A stretch of 64,000 bases of DNA from Mayamaea pseudoterrestris (lineage: Eukaryota), in contig BROI01000001.1 of the NCBI GenBank assembly GCA_027923505.1, positions 2,604,001 through 2,668,000 on the forward strand, written 5' to 3'. A program made the position numbers and the translations under genes. Shown piece by piece: positions 35,484 through 46,991 of this stretch. Each line of letters begins with the position of its first letter. The first letter of the stretch is position 1. Under the pieces are notes generated by a model. The model was not told the origin of the DNA. It saw only the letters and a program-made list of their open reading frames with translations, and did no database searches.

Positions 35484-36590
35484 TCATGGTAAATACTTCA
35501 ATGGAGGCTCTCGTCCGCATCGTCGAAAGAGATAGGCAACTTCAATGTCCTTGGTCATGGGTATTATAATGTCCTTGTAAATGCTTGCAATCACTCCTGG
35601 ATCAATCTTGTGATGAGAATTGTCCGCGCTCTTTCCATCAATAAAGTCGAGTGCTTCCGCGACAGCAGAGGCGGCGGCTTGTGCAACAAAGGTTGTTGAG
35701 TCACTCCCGTCGACTAGTGGCATGGATGCCAGCAAAGGTTCGGATCCATACGTCATTGCCTTCATTCTCGCTCGTCGAATCACTTGTTCCTCCACTACTG
35801 CATTTGTCAGTAGCTTCATGACCCCCTCCGCATCGCCAGCGTCAACTAGCCTTTGATACTCGTCGGGGCTAGATCTGTATTTACTTTCGGCAACAAACTT
35901 TCCATAATGCACTCGTCGACTGAGCGCCTGCAAAACATGAATGTCGCACAGCACTGTAGATCCGTGTTGCTCATCGTCTCCCTTCTTGGTGACAGAAGGT
36001 ACTATTGTCTCAATGTATGTATCAAGAAGACGCTTATTGTAGTTTAAATCAGAGGCTCCGCCCTTGGACGACAGTAGCTCGTCGGGATACTGCAAGGTTG
36101 GAAGGCATTCCATTGCCTTTGGAGGAAGGCGCTCTGGAAAAAAGGCATGCTCCTCGGGAGACGTGTAGCGTCGAACTCCACAATGAAGGACTTCTGTTCC
36201 AATCATGAAGAAATCCATAAAGGAAAGTGCCTCTTCGCCGTCAGCTCCAGGCAAACTTCCCAGGGGAACTCCCAAATCGCCGAAACCTCCCTTTTCATAT
36301 ACAATCGCATTTCTTCGAAACTGCGCGCGTTCGATTAATGCGAAAATGATTGTTTCTTCCTGTCGAATCAGCGATGACCGTATAGAATCAAGCGATAAAA
36401 CGTCAATCGTTTTAATGTTATCGCTAATGATTGTACTATCGACTATTCTTGATGTTCTGGAGTGATGGGTGGACACCATGCTGCGTGAGATCGCTGCTTC
36501 TAGTCGAGGCGATGGACCCCATCCAGCAAACGCCATTGTTATAGTTGGCAGTAGCACTGCAGTCGCGGCATACGCTGCTTTGAACAGCAT
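35484..36590 (-). CDS. Chorismate mutase (eukaryotic AroQ class), plastid-targeted
   Basis: LSLDSIRSSLIRQEETIIFALIERAQF, RRYTSPEEHAFF, LQALSRRVHYGKFVAESKY and IIPMTKDIEVAYL; presequence TMA-F. Confidence 0.93.
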   Translation of the reverse strand: MLFKAAYAATAVLLPTITMAFAGWGPSPRLEAAISRSMVSTHHSRTSRIVDSTIISDNIKTIDVLSLDSIRSSLIRQEETIIFALIERAQFRRNAIVYEKGGFGDLGVPLGSLPGADGEEALSFMDFFMIGTEVLHCGVRRYTSPEEHAFFPERLPPKAMECLPTLQYPDELLSSKGGASDLNYNKRLLDTYIETIVPSVTKKGDDEQHGSTVLCDIHVLQALSRRVHYGKFVAESKYRSSPDEYQRLVDAGDAEGVMKLLTNAVVEEQVIRRARMKAMTYGSEPLLASMPLVDGSDSTTFVAQAAASAVAEALDFIDGKSADNSHHKIDPGVIASIYKDIIIPMTKDIEVAYLFRRCGREPPLKYLP

Positions 36591-36909
36591 GCTTGCATGC
36601 CGATAGATGGGATGACAGCGAGGGTTGAACAGCAAGAAGTGGTCGACTTGCGAGATGCTGTGACCGTCAACGAAAACCGGTGCGATCGGGAGCGATTTTT
36701 GACGCAGCTATCGGTGTCATCCCTACGATAATTTTCGCTGCCGGCAGCCAAGAGGAGCATTCGACTACAATACGTAGCTATAAACTATGCGTTGGAAATA
36801 TTGTTTTAGTGCTCTATCAGATACGTCATGATCACTGGATTTAAAGCATGGAGATGGAGAAGAACGCAGAGCTGATGTTTGTACAAAGTGAATGCTGATT
36901 GTCCAAGCT

Positions 36910-38460
36910 TTATAACCCAAATAATGACCCGATATCGCCAATTGCTGCACTGGCACTGAACAACAGAAGAAAAAATATAGCTGCACCAGTAAGTCCTTCC
37001 TGAACTCGCTGATCAACCTTCCTTCCCGTCACTGCTTCTGCCAGTATAAATAGTAGCTGACCACCATCAAGCGCGGGAAAGGGAAGCGCATTAACGACTC
37101 CTAAATTGATACTAATGGCAGCCGCAAACATGAGGACCGTCGACCAGTCTCGCGTTGCAACAATCTCGGATCCAGTTCGAACCAAACCAATGGGGCCCGT
37201 CACCTGTGGGGCCTCGCCCTGTCCCTTGACAATGCCCGTCAACGCTGACGAAATGCCTCCTGCTGTAGCCTTTGTCAGTCTTACTGTATAGTCTGTCGCA
37301 AGCCGAGATGCCTTGATAATGTCTTTCGATTGAATTCGTTCAGACTTGACAAAGTTGGGAGCAAGCATTACACCAATAGTCGATGGCGACTTTTCGCTTA
37401 CTCTGGTCGGCTTTAAAGCAATATTGACTGGAGATTTGTCGCCCGGATGAAGGACACTGAGTTTGATGGAGTCGCCATCGGCGGTGGATCGTATGGAGGA
37501 AATGAAGCTACTGATACCCTTTTCCGCATCAATGGCTGAAGGTCGAGCGTCCGTGATGGAACGACCGTTCATGGAAAGAATCACATCACCTTGCCGCAGC
37601 AAGCCATTCGCAGCTGTATTTGAACGCGGAGTAGTGGTGACAACCGCTCCAGAATCGAATATTGGTTGCGGAAGGCCCGGGCCAAAGTTGATTTGCCCAA
37701 AGTAGATTGACCAGGCAAGGAGAAGATTGAAAATGACACCTCCGCTAATGACGACAGCTCGTTGGAACCATGGACGATTCTGCAGCAGGTCCGGGTCATC
37801 GTAAAAGTCAATGACGACATCGTCCAAGTCTAATAGCTCGGGTATAGGTGCATCTTCGCTCTTGCGTGTTTGAAAGCGAGCCCACCAAGTCGTCTTTGCC
37901 TTCTTTTGTTCATCTCGAAGCTGCTTTGCTTGTTTCCGTCTCTTCTCGTCTATTGATCCCAAAGTCAAGGTGTTTATTAGCTTTGCCGCTGCATCCAGTT
38001 CTTGCTTGCTATCAAACGCTTTGGCATTCTCCATGGCTGTGCTTTCCAGCAGTCGGACAGCTGTAGCATTGTAGTTTTCCGGAAAGCGCACGTAGCCACC
38101 AAATGGCAAGAGGCGTAAGTTGAACTCATCCCCAAATGCCTTGAATCCAAAAAGCTTGGGCCCGATACCAATGGAAAACTCGTCAACCTTCATACCGAAA
38201 TATCGTGCCGCCAGGTAGTGGCCGCTCTCGTGTATCAAAATAATACCTGCCAGTAGCGTGAGAGCAGGTACGGCGGTAGCAACGCCAGCCAGCGGTAAAG
38301 CATTCAAACAAGTTGTTAATTGTGGTTTTATGGATTTGCGCTGGTGATTATGATTTAAAAAGCTAGAAGCCGATGTACGTTGATGGTGCGGGTATGGAAC
38401 GAATGCAGTTGACAAACGTGTAAGCGCACTGCCAAGCAGAACTATTAGCCACAGTCGCAT
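36910..38460 (-). CDS. M50 site-2 zinc metalloprotease (RseP/ARASP-like) with PDZ domain, plastid-targeted
   Basis: HESGH, FSIGIGP, LPFGGYV and NALPFPALDGG; presequence STA-FVP. Confidence 0.92.
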   Translation of the reverse strand: MRLWLIVLLGSALTRLSTAFVPYPHHQRTSASSFLNHNHQRKSIKPQLTTCLNALPLAGVATAVPALTLLAGIILIHESGHYLAARYFGMKVDEFSIGIGPKLFGFKAFGDEFNLRLLPFGGYVRFPENYNATAVRLLESTAMENAKAFDSKQELDAAAKLINTLTLGSIDEKRRKQAKQLRDEQKKAKTTWWARFQTRKSEDAPIPELLDLDDVVIDFYDDPDLLQNRPWFQRAVVISGGVIFNLLLAWSIYFGQINFGPGLPQPIFDSGAVVTTTPRSNTAANGLLRQGDVILSMNGRSITDARPSAIDAEKGISSFISSIRSTADGDSIKLSVLHPGDKSPVNIALKPTRVSEKSPSTIGVMLAPNFVKSERIQSKDIIKASRLATDYTVRLTKATAGGISSALTGIVKGQGEAPQVTGPIGLVRTGSEIVATRDWSTVLMFAAAISINLGVVNALPFPALDGGQLLFILAEAVTGRKVDQRVQEGLTGAAIFFLLLFSASAAIGDIGSLFGL

Positions 38461-38726
38461 GGTTCTCGTTATTCCTGTTATACACGCTTTGTTTACTTCG
38501 CTTTAGCAGCGAAATTACTGCAAGAGCCGGATATAAGCGTGAAGATAAGCGTTGGTTGTCTGCGGCCAGCTCATGGTGAGATGCCGCGATGAGTCGAGTC
38601 AATGAGTCTGTCACGCGTCGCACTGGTTCTTATTAAGCGTGCACTGCTGCGGCGTATTAGCGTGGAAAGGCAGCTAACTGTACTTGTTACGTCAATTGCA
38701 AGTCTCGCTATATTTTATATTCCAAT

Positions 38727-40059
38727 CTAATCCACTGGTGGAAGATCCATCGGATCTGCTTCGTCAATAAGTTCTAGTCCTTCGCTATTCACCACAAAGG
38801 CATCGTCGTCAAAGTACCGCGACTTGCGCTGCACCCATTTAGCATGGTCCACGCGGCGCTTCCAAACTAATCCCGCCGCAGACAAGCATAGGAGAAGAAA
38901 AATTACCAAAGGAATGACAAATGACAGGTTTGTGCCAATAGCAGCTTCTTGTGTCGATACAGCTGGCAAGGAGCAGCTTCGAAAGATGGGTTTGGTCGAC
39001 GACGGCTCGGTCTCTGGACAATATATAAACAGCAAGTCAGCATACGCTGTCAGCAGTCAATCGATAACAATTAGCTTGTAGACTTACCTGAGCTACTTTG
39101 ACAGGTAATCTTTTCAACATATCCAGTAGCTTGGCAAGCGTGCATGCTTGAATCCAAGCAAGGACTAGTTTGACAATCAACAAGTATGCTACAACCTTCA
39201 CTCTCTTCATGCCGCGTCGCACTCCAAGATTCGCCCTTATCGTAGGTGTCGTCATTAGGCCCGTGTGATAGCGCCTCGTTGGTTATTCCAGGAATGTAGC
39301 CATTCAGCAAGGTTTGAGTAGAATTTTCGGACGCTTTGGCTAACAAGCATGAGAAGAGTGCTTCGGAAACCTTGCCTCCACTGTAATCCGTAAGCATTTC
39401 GACTGCAGCATCGGCTTCGTTGAAAAATTCCCACATCAAGTGCTCATCGGAAAGGTGAATCTGAAGCAGATTATATTGGTCAGAACGACAGTATGGAATT
39501 AAATTTAACACTCTAGACAACGATAACTTACTTGTACACCAGAATCCTCAGCCCCATTCGGACCCACTCCTTCCATAGCAGAAACAAAGTCGGTATCAAA
39601 CAATCGTACAAAGTAAAAGAGTCGTCCCTTGTACAAGTTACTCAAGACAGCCAACCGTCCAGATTCGGTCCTAATTTTCTCTTGTAACACAGCAGGCTCA
39701 AACCTGGATAAGCTGTCACGAATATTAATGCCAGTTTCTTCCTTAAATTCTCGACTGGCGCCAATCTTGCCGGCCAGCTGCAGCTGCATGGCCTTGTCGC
39801 TACCAACCTGTGCAGCGGCCGCTTGGTAATCCTCGTCATCCAAATGTCCTCCAGGAACCTCCCAGTATGAGCCTTTCTTTTTCTTGTCTCTTGACTTTAG
39901 TAGCATTAATCCATACACTGGATGCACGGCAAAGATGAAGGAACGATAGTCCTCCGAAACGTCAACTAGTATTTCCGTTGCTAATTGTCGAGAAAGTTGA
40001 AGCTGCTGCTGCAATATGGAGCCATCATTAGCATTCGTTTCGGCCAAGGAATCTTGCAT
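38727..40059 (-). CDS. Nudix hydrolase fused to a JTB-like Cys-rich domain and C-terminal TM helix. Exons 40059-39532, 39460-39088, 39013-38727
   Basis: Nudix box WEVPGGHLDDED...ASREFKEETG and LSDEH; then CQATGYVEKITC...FRSC plus a TM helix. Splice phases are consistent. Confidence 0.75.
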
Positions 40060-40514
40060 ATGGATCAAATAAATTTAGTAACGTTCTTAGGTACTGCTAT
40101 GATGGAGCAGGTAGGATATTCTATTCCTTCCTTTTCAATCAATACAGCCGTCTTCCGCGAGCTTCCGCATCATTGTGGCGTGGTCGTGCTGCGATTCGAG
40201 TGGCTCGCCGAAGTGCGAAAAAGCACAGTCGCCGATATGCAATTGCTTTCGTCTACTACCGGTTGGTCGTTTTCCAATTGGGAGACTCTATACTAATTCA
40301 ATCTTTAAACTTGCGAATCGGATATATTCAAACATATCGACAATAATGTATATGCCATTGTGTATAAAGTAAAGGCAGGAGATGAGACGTCGGCAGCAGT
40401 CGGACCAAAAATCAGCTGTGGCTCATCCCTCGACCCCTCGGTTTCACGCTGCGGACAAACCAAATGTACGTTCATGACCCATAGAATATGCACATCAATA
40501 CATTCGACAAGATG

Positions 40515-41154
40515 CTATACGACTTCCAAACCATCATTCTCGGTTAGCGCCGCCAGCTCCTCCCGATCTACCAGTTCTGGCATTTCCAATTCATTCGGCA
40601 ATTCACTCGTCCTTCTCCGTTGCTTTTCAGTCATTCGCGAAGACATCTTTCGCTGATCGAACAAACTGGCGCTGGCAGACTTTTGTTTCCTGGACGATAG
40701 GCAAGCCAAGGAGCCGAATAAAAGGCAAAGCACTTGAAAACGGACCATTAAGAATTCGTCGTCGGTCTTTGTTCGGTTGCAGCTGACGTATTTTGTTTGA
40801 AACTCTTCAGTCTCCTCTCCATCTGAAATATAAACGGAGGGACGAGTTAGCATAATTCCCTTTCTTACCAAAAAGCAGATAGAAATCAATCGATGCCGAA
40901 GATGATTCGCCCGTACTCGTACCTTCATCAAGAACGGGACACTGTAACGTTTGTACTTTTCCCGTTTCGATGCACTCTTCCATTGATAACTTATCAGTAT
41001 CCGTACATGTCCGACAGTGGTCAATCATTGTGCATCGCTCCAGTAAATCAGGCACGGAAGCAGCAGCGTCGACTGTCGACAGTTGATTATATGGAGCGCT
41101 GATCAGCATAAAGAGGCACATTTGCAGTAACGAAAATCTTCGTCTATCAATCAT
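40515..41154 (-). CDS. JTB (jumping translocation breakpoint)-like type I membrane protein. Exons 41154-40923, 40822-40515
   Basis: Signal peptide; six Cys (C..CRTC..CIETGKVQTLQC..YVSC); TM helix (FLMVRFQVLCLLFGSLACL) with a basic tail. This is the JTB layout. Confidence 0.7.
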
Positions 41155-41452
41155 TTTGCTCACAAATTAGTCCGCTTGCGAAAATTATATACTGTCTATT
41201 GATTCAATCGGTATGCTTGTACAATGGGCGGTGAACTCCGACGTGCGATGCTCTCGTCGTCCGTCGAAAATGGCATCGTCAAAAGTCGTACCGGTAACGG
41301 TTTCGACTCGTCACGGGCGTTGTTCCCGTAGCTAAACGGATGCTGTGCTTGCCCATGTTCTATACTCGTATCCGTCTACGAAGACCTAATAGCCAAGCTC
41401 AACATCAAAGTCGACACATACGGATGCTTTATAGCAGCTACTCGGTACAGAC

Positions 41453-43447
41453 TCATCCGCAAGTGCAGTTGCAGTCACAACGCACTTGATCGCAGTCGAC
41501 GACGATGCCGTCATTCGCATTGCGCAGCGAAAAGGCTTGACACATCTTTTCGGGAACACTTCCCGACAGAATTGTGTCAAAAACTTGCAGTTTTCTGATC
41601 TGGGATAGCACAGACAATTCAGAAGGTATTGTTCCGCTTACGCTGGTGCCCGACACGTCAAGGCTGTATAAAACGCTGAGCCCTGCCAAGTGGGAGGACA
41701 GAGTCCCTACCAAGAAGTTGTTGTTCAAGTACAATGCCTTCAAATAACTCAAGCCGCCAACTTCGCTAGGAATTGAGCCAGTTAGCAGGTTGTAACCAAG
41801 CTGAATCGATTCAAGAAGTTTGCACGAACCAATGTTTGATGGTATTGAGACCGTGAGCCTGTTCATTGTCAGGTACAGCTGTTTTAAGCTTAGATTTTTA
41901 AAAATCTCACTAGGAAGTTGTCCAGTGAGAGCGTTATCAGAGATGTCTAGTATTTGTAGCGCCGAGGGTCTCTCTAACTGCGGTGGGATGCGACCTTTGA
42001 TATCGTTTTCACTCGCAAGAAATTCAATGAGCGCCGCCATATTACCCATATCCAAAGGTAGGCTTCCAGAGATATGGTTTGCTTGTATACGAAATATTTG
42101 AAGATTGGTCATGAGGCCAACTGAGCTGGATATTGTGCCAGAAAAGTTGTTGCTAAACAAGTGGAGCGATCGTAAGTCTCGCCAACTGGACCAGACATCT
42201 TCGTGGATGGATCCGTGCAATGAGTTTTGCGACAACTTTATAAAGTAGCTCGGCGCCAATGCAAGCTCTGGAGGAAGTGTTCCGACAAGATTGTTACTTT
42301 GTAGATAAAGCTGATAAAAACCAATCTCAAGGCAATGTTCCGCCGCGCTTTCAAACTTCGTGTTGTCGTACAATGCGTCACTGCTAATATGCCATTCGCA
42401 AACGTCCTTTGTGCTTAGCCAGTTGGAATTATTCGTCCAGTTTGGTCCATCCGTTGCATAGTATAGGGTGGCCAACGCAAATCGAAGAGTAACCTCGCCG
42501 AGAGTGCGAGACTGGCTGTTGGGATCCGAAACTAGCCATTTCCAGGCTTTTCCTTGTGGAGTGACCGGCAGGAAGCTATCGTTAGCCCATACTTTCGCTT
42601 GGATCCGATCATTTTCTCGACGTATGTCCACTGGTAGCTCACTTTGTAGGGTTTTCTGTGTGTAACTTGGTAGAATGAGGGCAAATCTGGAAATGGTCGA
42701 AGGCAGCTCAAAAGGTGTACCCAGCGGCGCGTCGATTGGCCTTTTCGTTTCCACCGACATCCCTGCCGATATGCCAATGATACATAGAACAAGTATCAGG
42801 CCGAAGACTATGCACATGAATCGTCGTCGCTTGATGTGCACACCTTCCACTAGCGTTGCGAGAACGACAGGATACTCATCCGAACTCGCGGGAACGCCCG
42901 AGTAAGCAACCGTGCCAAGCAGTACCGGGGTTCGGGTTCCTTCATCAATATTCAAAGATGCGGCGGCTCCTTCTGGTGGGATGCCCGCGTGTACGAGCGC
43001 TGCATCGTAGACAATTTCTTGACTGGGTTCAGCGTTCAAGTCATAGCGATTTGGATAGACGTATCTTGCACCTGGTAAGGTGGTAGGCAACGATACGACT
43101 ATTACAGACGCTGGCATCTTAGCAGGAACTTTGTCTGGACTGGACGGCGGAGTAGATGCCACAGCAACAGCAGCGTCATCATCAGCGTCGTCCTCGTGTG
43201 ACTGCGATTCTCCATTCACGTCAGTAATGCATGCCAATGCAATTTTGTTCTCCTCATTTTCTTCAGAGCTTTTCGGGACAGAGTCAGAAGCTTCATCATT
43301 GCTGCAAGCTAATGCAAAATCTTGTTGATTAACATCGTTTCGTCCACCATAACATTCGCCATCAGCTGCAACCGTCGTATGCGAGGGCTGCCACTCATTG
43401 TCGATCGAAATATCTTGCCTCTTCCTCTTCGTTGTTTCCTCTTCCAT
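41453..43447 (-). CDS. Single-pass membrane leucine-rich-repeat protein (expanded diatom family)
   Basis: TM helix, RFALATLYYATDGPNW...WLSTKDVCEW cap, plant-type LxLxxNxLxGxIP repeats, and C-terminal DC..CxC.CxC. Confidence 0.88.
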   Translation of the reverse strand: MEEETTKRKRQDISIDNEWQPSHTTVAADGECYGGRNDVNQQDFALACSNDEASDSVPKSSEENEENKIALACITDVNGESQSHEDDADDDAAVAVASTPPSSPDKVPAKMPASVIVVSLPTTLPGARYVYPNRYDLNAEPSQEIVYDAALVHAGIPPEGAAASLNIDEGTRTPVLLGTVAYSGVPASSDEYPVVLATLVEGVHIKRRRFMCIVFGLILVLCIIGISAGMSVETKRPIDAPLGTPFELPSTISRFALILPSYTQKTLQSELPVDIRRENDRIQAKVWANDSFLPVTPQGKAWKWLVSDPNSQSRTLGEVTLRFALATLYYATDGPNWTNNSNWLSTKDVCEWHISSDALYDNTKFESAAEHCLEIGFYQLYLQSNNLVGTLPPELALAPSYFIKLSQNSLHGSIHEDVWSSWRDLRSLHLFSNNFSGTISSSVGLMTNLQIFRIQANHISGSLPLDMGNMAALIEFLASENDIKGRIPPQLERPSALQILDISDNALTGQLPSEIFKNLSLKQLYLTMNRLTVSIPSNIGSCKLLESIQLGYNLLTGSIPSEVGGLSYLKALYLNNNFLVGTLSSHLAGLSVLYSLDVSGTSVSGTIPSELSVLSQIRKLQVFDTILSGSVPEKMCQAFSLRNANDGIVVDCDQVRCDCNCTCG

Positions 43448-43609
43448 CCATTCAGATGCGACTTTGACTAAAGAGTGTGTTCGTGCCTTGTACTCCCAGA
43501 AGGAGGAGTAGGTATATTCTCGTTCTTAGATCTTGTGCGATGCGTGACCCTCCGTTCATTGACACGACGATGAAAAAGCTTCGACTGTGAGTCCCACTTC
43601 AACCTAACG

Positions 43610-44483
43610 CAAGGGGGATAAATTTACAGGGTGTGCAACGTCACAATTTCGGCCAACCCTATGTAGCGACCTTTTCACCACGATTTGTTAAATACAAAAC
43701 AGCTGCCACTATAGAGAATTGTACACTATTTTTCACGCGATGCCCGTGTTGTGCAAAATTCTACGAGTACACACTCTTCGTCCGTTTCTGAGTACCATCG
43801 CTGTAATTCAGGTGCATTGCAAGTGCTCTTTCCTTCATTTAAAACATGACAATGGCTGCATGACGCATCCTCAACCTACACTATCAAAGTATATGACCTT
43901 GGGACGTAAACGTTTTGGTAGAAAGCTGCATATTCTTGGTCCCAGATGCTTCGTTGTGCCGTTGGGTGTCTGGCTTTCCCATGCCACGGGGAGAGAAAGC
44001 AACAAGTTTAAACCTCATTTGAGACATCAGGTACATCATATATGAGCAAATAAGTTAATTCATGCATGATAGGCCATGCGAATGGCTGTTGGAGTGTGCA
44101 CTTTTCGTCATCCTCCAAGGCAATTCTTCCACATGTGTGGGGTACGATACATGACCTCAAAACTAAAAGCTGGCCTATTTTAACTTAACAGTAGTGCCCT
44201 CACTAGCATATAATGACTGTTTGCAAAGTTATAGATCAAACAAAGGCTTAAAAAGGTGAATTTGAAGGGATCCTTTTACGTTCTTTATCGCGGTGCCATC
44301 GACGGCAGTTGCTCGACGTGTAGAATTTTGCAAAAGTCTTAGCGGTACAGCGTTTCAATCCGGTACCCAATGGTCGCTACATAGTATTCAAGATCGTCAA
44401 ACCCTAACAGTTTGTACAGTTCAAATTCATAGTAAAATTGTGGCGCCAACTTCGATGCACACCCTGTAAATTTATCCCCCTTG
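43610..44483. mobile_element. Non-autonomous TIR DNA transposon (874 bp; hAT- or P-like)
   Basis: Perfect 28-bp TIRs CAAGGGGGATAAATTTACAGGGTGTGCA (43610-43637 / 44456-44483), 8-bp TSD ACCTAACG (43602-43609 / 44484-44491), AT-rich interior with no transposase ORF. Confidence 0.92.
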
Positions 44484-45077
44484 ACCTAACGTCCGTCACA
44501 ATTCATTTTCACGAAGGGAACAAAGCGCAGCGCAAACTATCGGTACTGTATCATACAAGTAGGACCAGACTCTATTGGTGTATTTGGATGAGAAGTTAGT
44601 TGTATACTCTATTCTTAGCGCCTTGATCGGCAATTCTGTGGCTTGGCGACGATAAAAGCATTCGCACCCACCAGAACCTCATCTGGTGAGTCGTGCGAAT
44701 CATTCCCACTCGTTTAGTGCCGAAATAGATCTTCCCACCTACGGTAGATCCGACAAAAATTATGCGATATCTCAGCTAAAGCAATAATGCCAACCTCTAC
44801 CTTTTTATTCTCATTGCTACGAGGATAATTGTATGTGCGTACAATGCCGCATCGTCCTCATCAAACCCGATCATTACTCCACATTTCCTCTATTCGTCAT
44901 TGTCCTATGCAAACTCTTTTGGCTCTGTCGGACGAAGTTTAGGCGTATCCGTACACATTGAGCAAATGCGAGGGACACTTGCATAGTGCAATATCTCGAT
45001 GCGTCAGTCGTTTCGAGTTGGTTTCTCATGCCAAGCCTTGGCTGCCGCTACCTACACATTTCCCCTTTTAACGCACT

Positions 45078-46546
45078 CTAATATTTATGGAAAAACTCAA
45101 AACCGTACAAATGCAATATCCCGACACAGGCAGCAAAAAGGAGGCAGTTGCACATGATTTCTCGCCCCGGTGAAATGATTGTCTCGCCCACATCTTCCGC
45201 TAGCCCTTGTCCAAACTCACTCCAATATGTTTCGAACGAAAAACCGGAAAAGGCATTCCTGAATTATGATAGTCAGTTTATGATTCCTGTATAGCTATAC
45301 ATACTGCTTATGATGCGATGCATGGTACACGACAGCCTCGCGCACACACTTACCAGGTGTATGCAACATCGGCTTCCCGCAAATCGTTCCGCCTTTGCTC
45401 CAGCAACTCCAGCTCAAGCTGGCAAGCAAACGGATACTTTGAATTTTCAAATTCTGTAAGCATTGCATTGAGAGAAACGTGCTGATCATACTTTTGGCTC
45501 GGCATATCAACCATGAGCTTGTCGCGCTGATCAAAGCAATACCAAAATATGCGAGACTGCAAATACAAAACGGCGCAGTAGAGCAAGTCGTAACCCAAAA
45601 TGTAGCAAACCGCTCGCACCGATTCCTTCCGCTTGACCCAACGCATGCTTTTAGCATCAACCATGTTGAGAAGGTTGCGATTGTGGTAGCTAAACTTGAC
45701 GCATTTAAAGTCGATTGAATTGCACCACCAGTAGAGGTAGCCAGACAGTCGCACCAGCGTAACGCCACATACTAGCAAGCCAATCGCAATGTATGCCTCC
45801 ACGGGAGCTGTGGCTGCCGACGCCAAAAAGTACTTGCGCGCAACGTGAATGGCGCACTGAATGAGCTCGTAAATGGAAGCGTGCGCCAGTGTATGGACCA
45901 GCAGAGACGCGACGGCAGGAACCGTAGTGTAGGCTTCGAAAATGAGCAGGTCGTGAATGGTTTGAAGCCATGACCAGCCGGTTTTGTGGATATTGCTGCA
46001 TTCTGATGGAAGGACAAGCGGTTTCGATAGCTCCATGATGAGACTATCTATCTGATCCAGTTCATCGTGATGGCTGCTCAAAGACTTTTTGTCATTTTCA
46101 TTTGACACCTGATCATTGCTGCTGCGCTTCTCTTTATGAAACAATACCTTCATTAATAGTTCTTCTCGTTGCTGCTCGCGCACCTGATGCTCCTGCCGAT
46201 GCAAAAGATCGACCATTGTCTTGCTCTTTCCACGAGCGATTCGTTGCAGCGCCATGTCACGCGTAGCAAAATGCTTCTGCAGTCTTTTCCATCGTTGCAA
46301 TGGTGAAGGAATCATCTTTGACTCGTGATGGTATAATGGAGATGCGCCGCATACGTCGTCATCATGGTCGTCAAATTCAAATGCATCCTCATCGTCCGAC
46401 ATGAGCGTCGACCAAGACTCATTGTGATGCTCCTGACTACTGGCAGTCGTCGCATGGTGCAGCATATTGCCTGGTTCTTTAGTGAATGAGACGGTGGCAT
46501 TGATAGCCTCTCCATGGTCGTCGAGAGGATGCAGACTGCCGCACAA
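45078..46546 (-). CDS. Hypothetical multi-pass membrane protein; start uncertain; intron ~45353-45259
   Basis: Long ORF with several hydrophobic helices; an in-phase second exon ends in a TM helix (LLFAACVGILHLYGFEFFHKY*). Confidence 0.6.
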
Positions 46547-46991
46547 TTATGCGAAGCGCGACCAGCGAGAGGCCGTTGCGTGACTACGACGGTACCGGTA
46601 CCGGTGCGGCTACCCCAAGACGTCACGTCCTTCGAGGAACAGCAATATACACCTTTCTATTGAAGCATTACCCCAATCAGTGGAGAAACGCAGATAGCAG
46701 ATCAACGAAATAGAATGTCATCTTCAGTAAGTATACGAATACGGTAGTCGCTTCTAGTCCAGGCCGACTGCAGACTTAGCTATCTTTTTCAAAATTTGGT
46801 TTCGATGCGACACGGTTTTCAAGACGATTGACGTTTTCCAAGCGTTAAATGAGCGCCTTGACGGATCCTGATTGGCCGCGTCGATTGCACCGGCCCCTCC
46901 ATCATGGTGATGAGCATCCGCCCCATTTCGTTACGTGAGTTACGACTGGAGGTTTAGCATTATTCGATTGATCAACTGAGATTATAATACA

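Noticed and set aside
43719..44045. 108-aa ORF inside the TIR element
   Set aside because: Non-ATG start and no transposase motifs.
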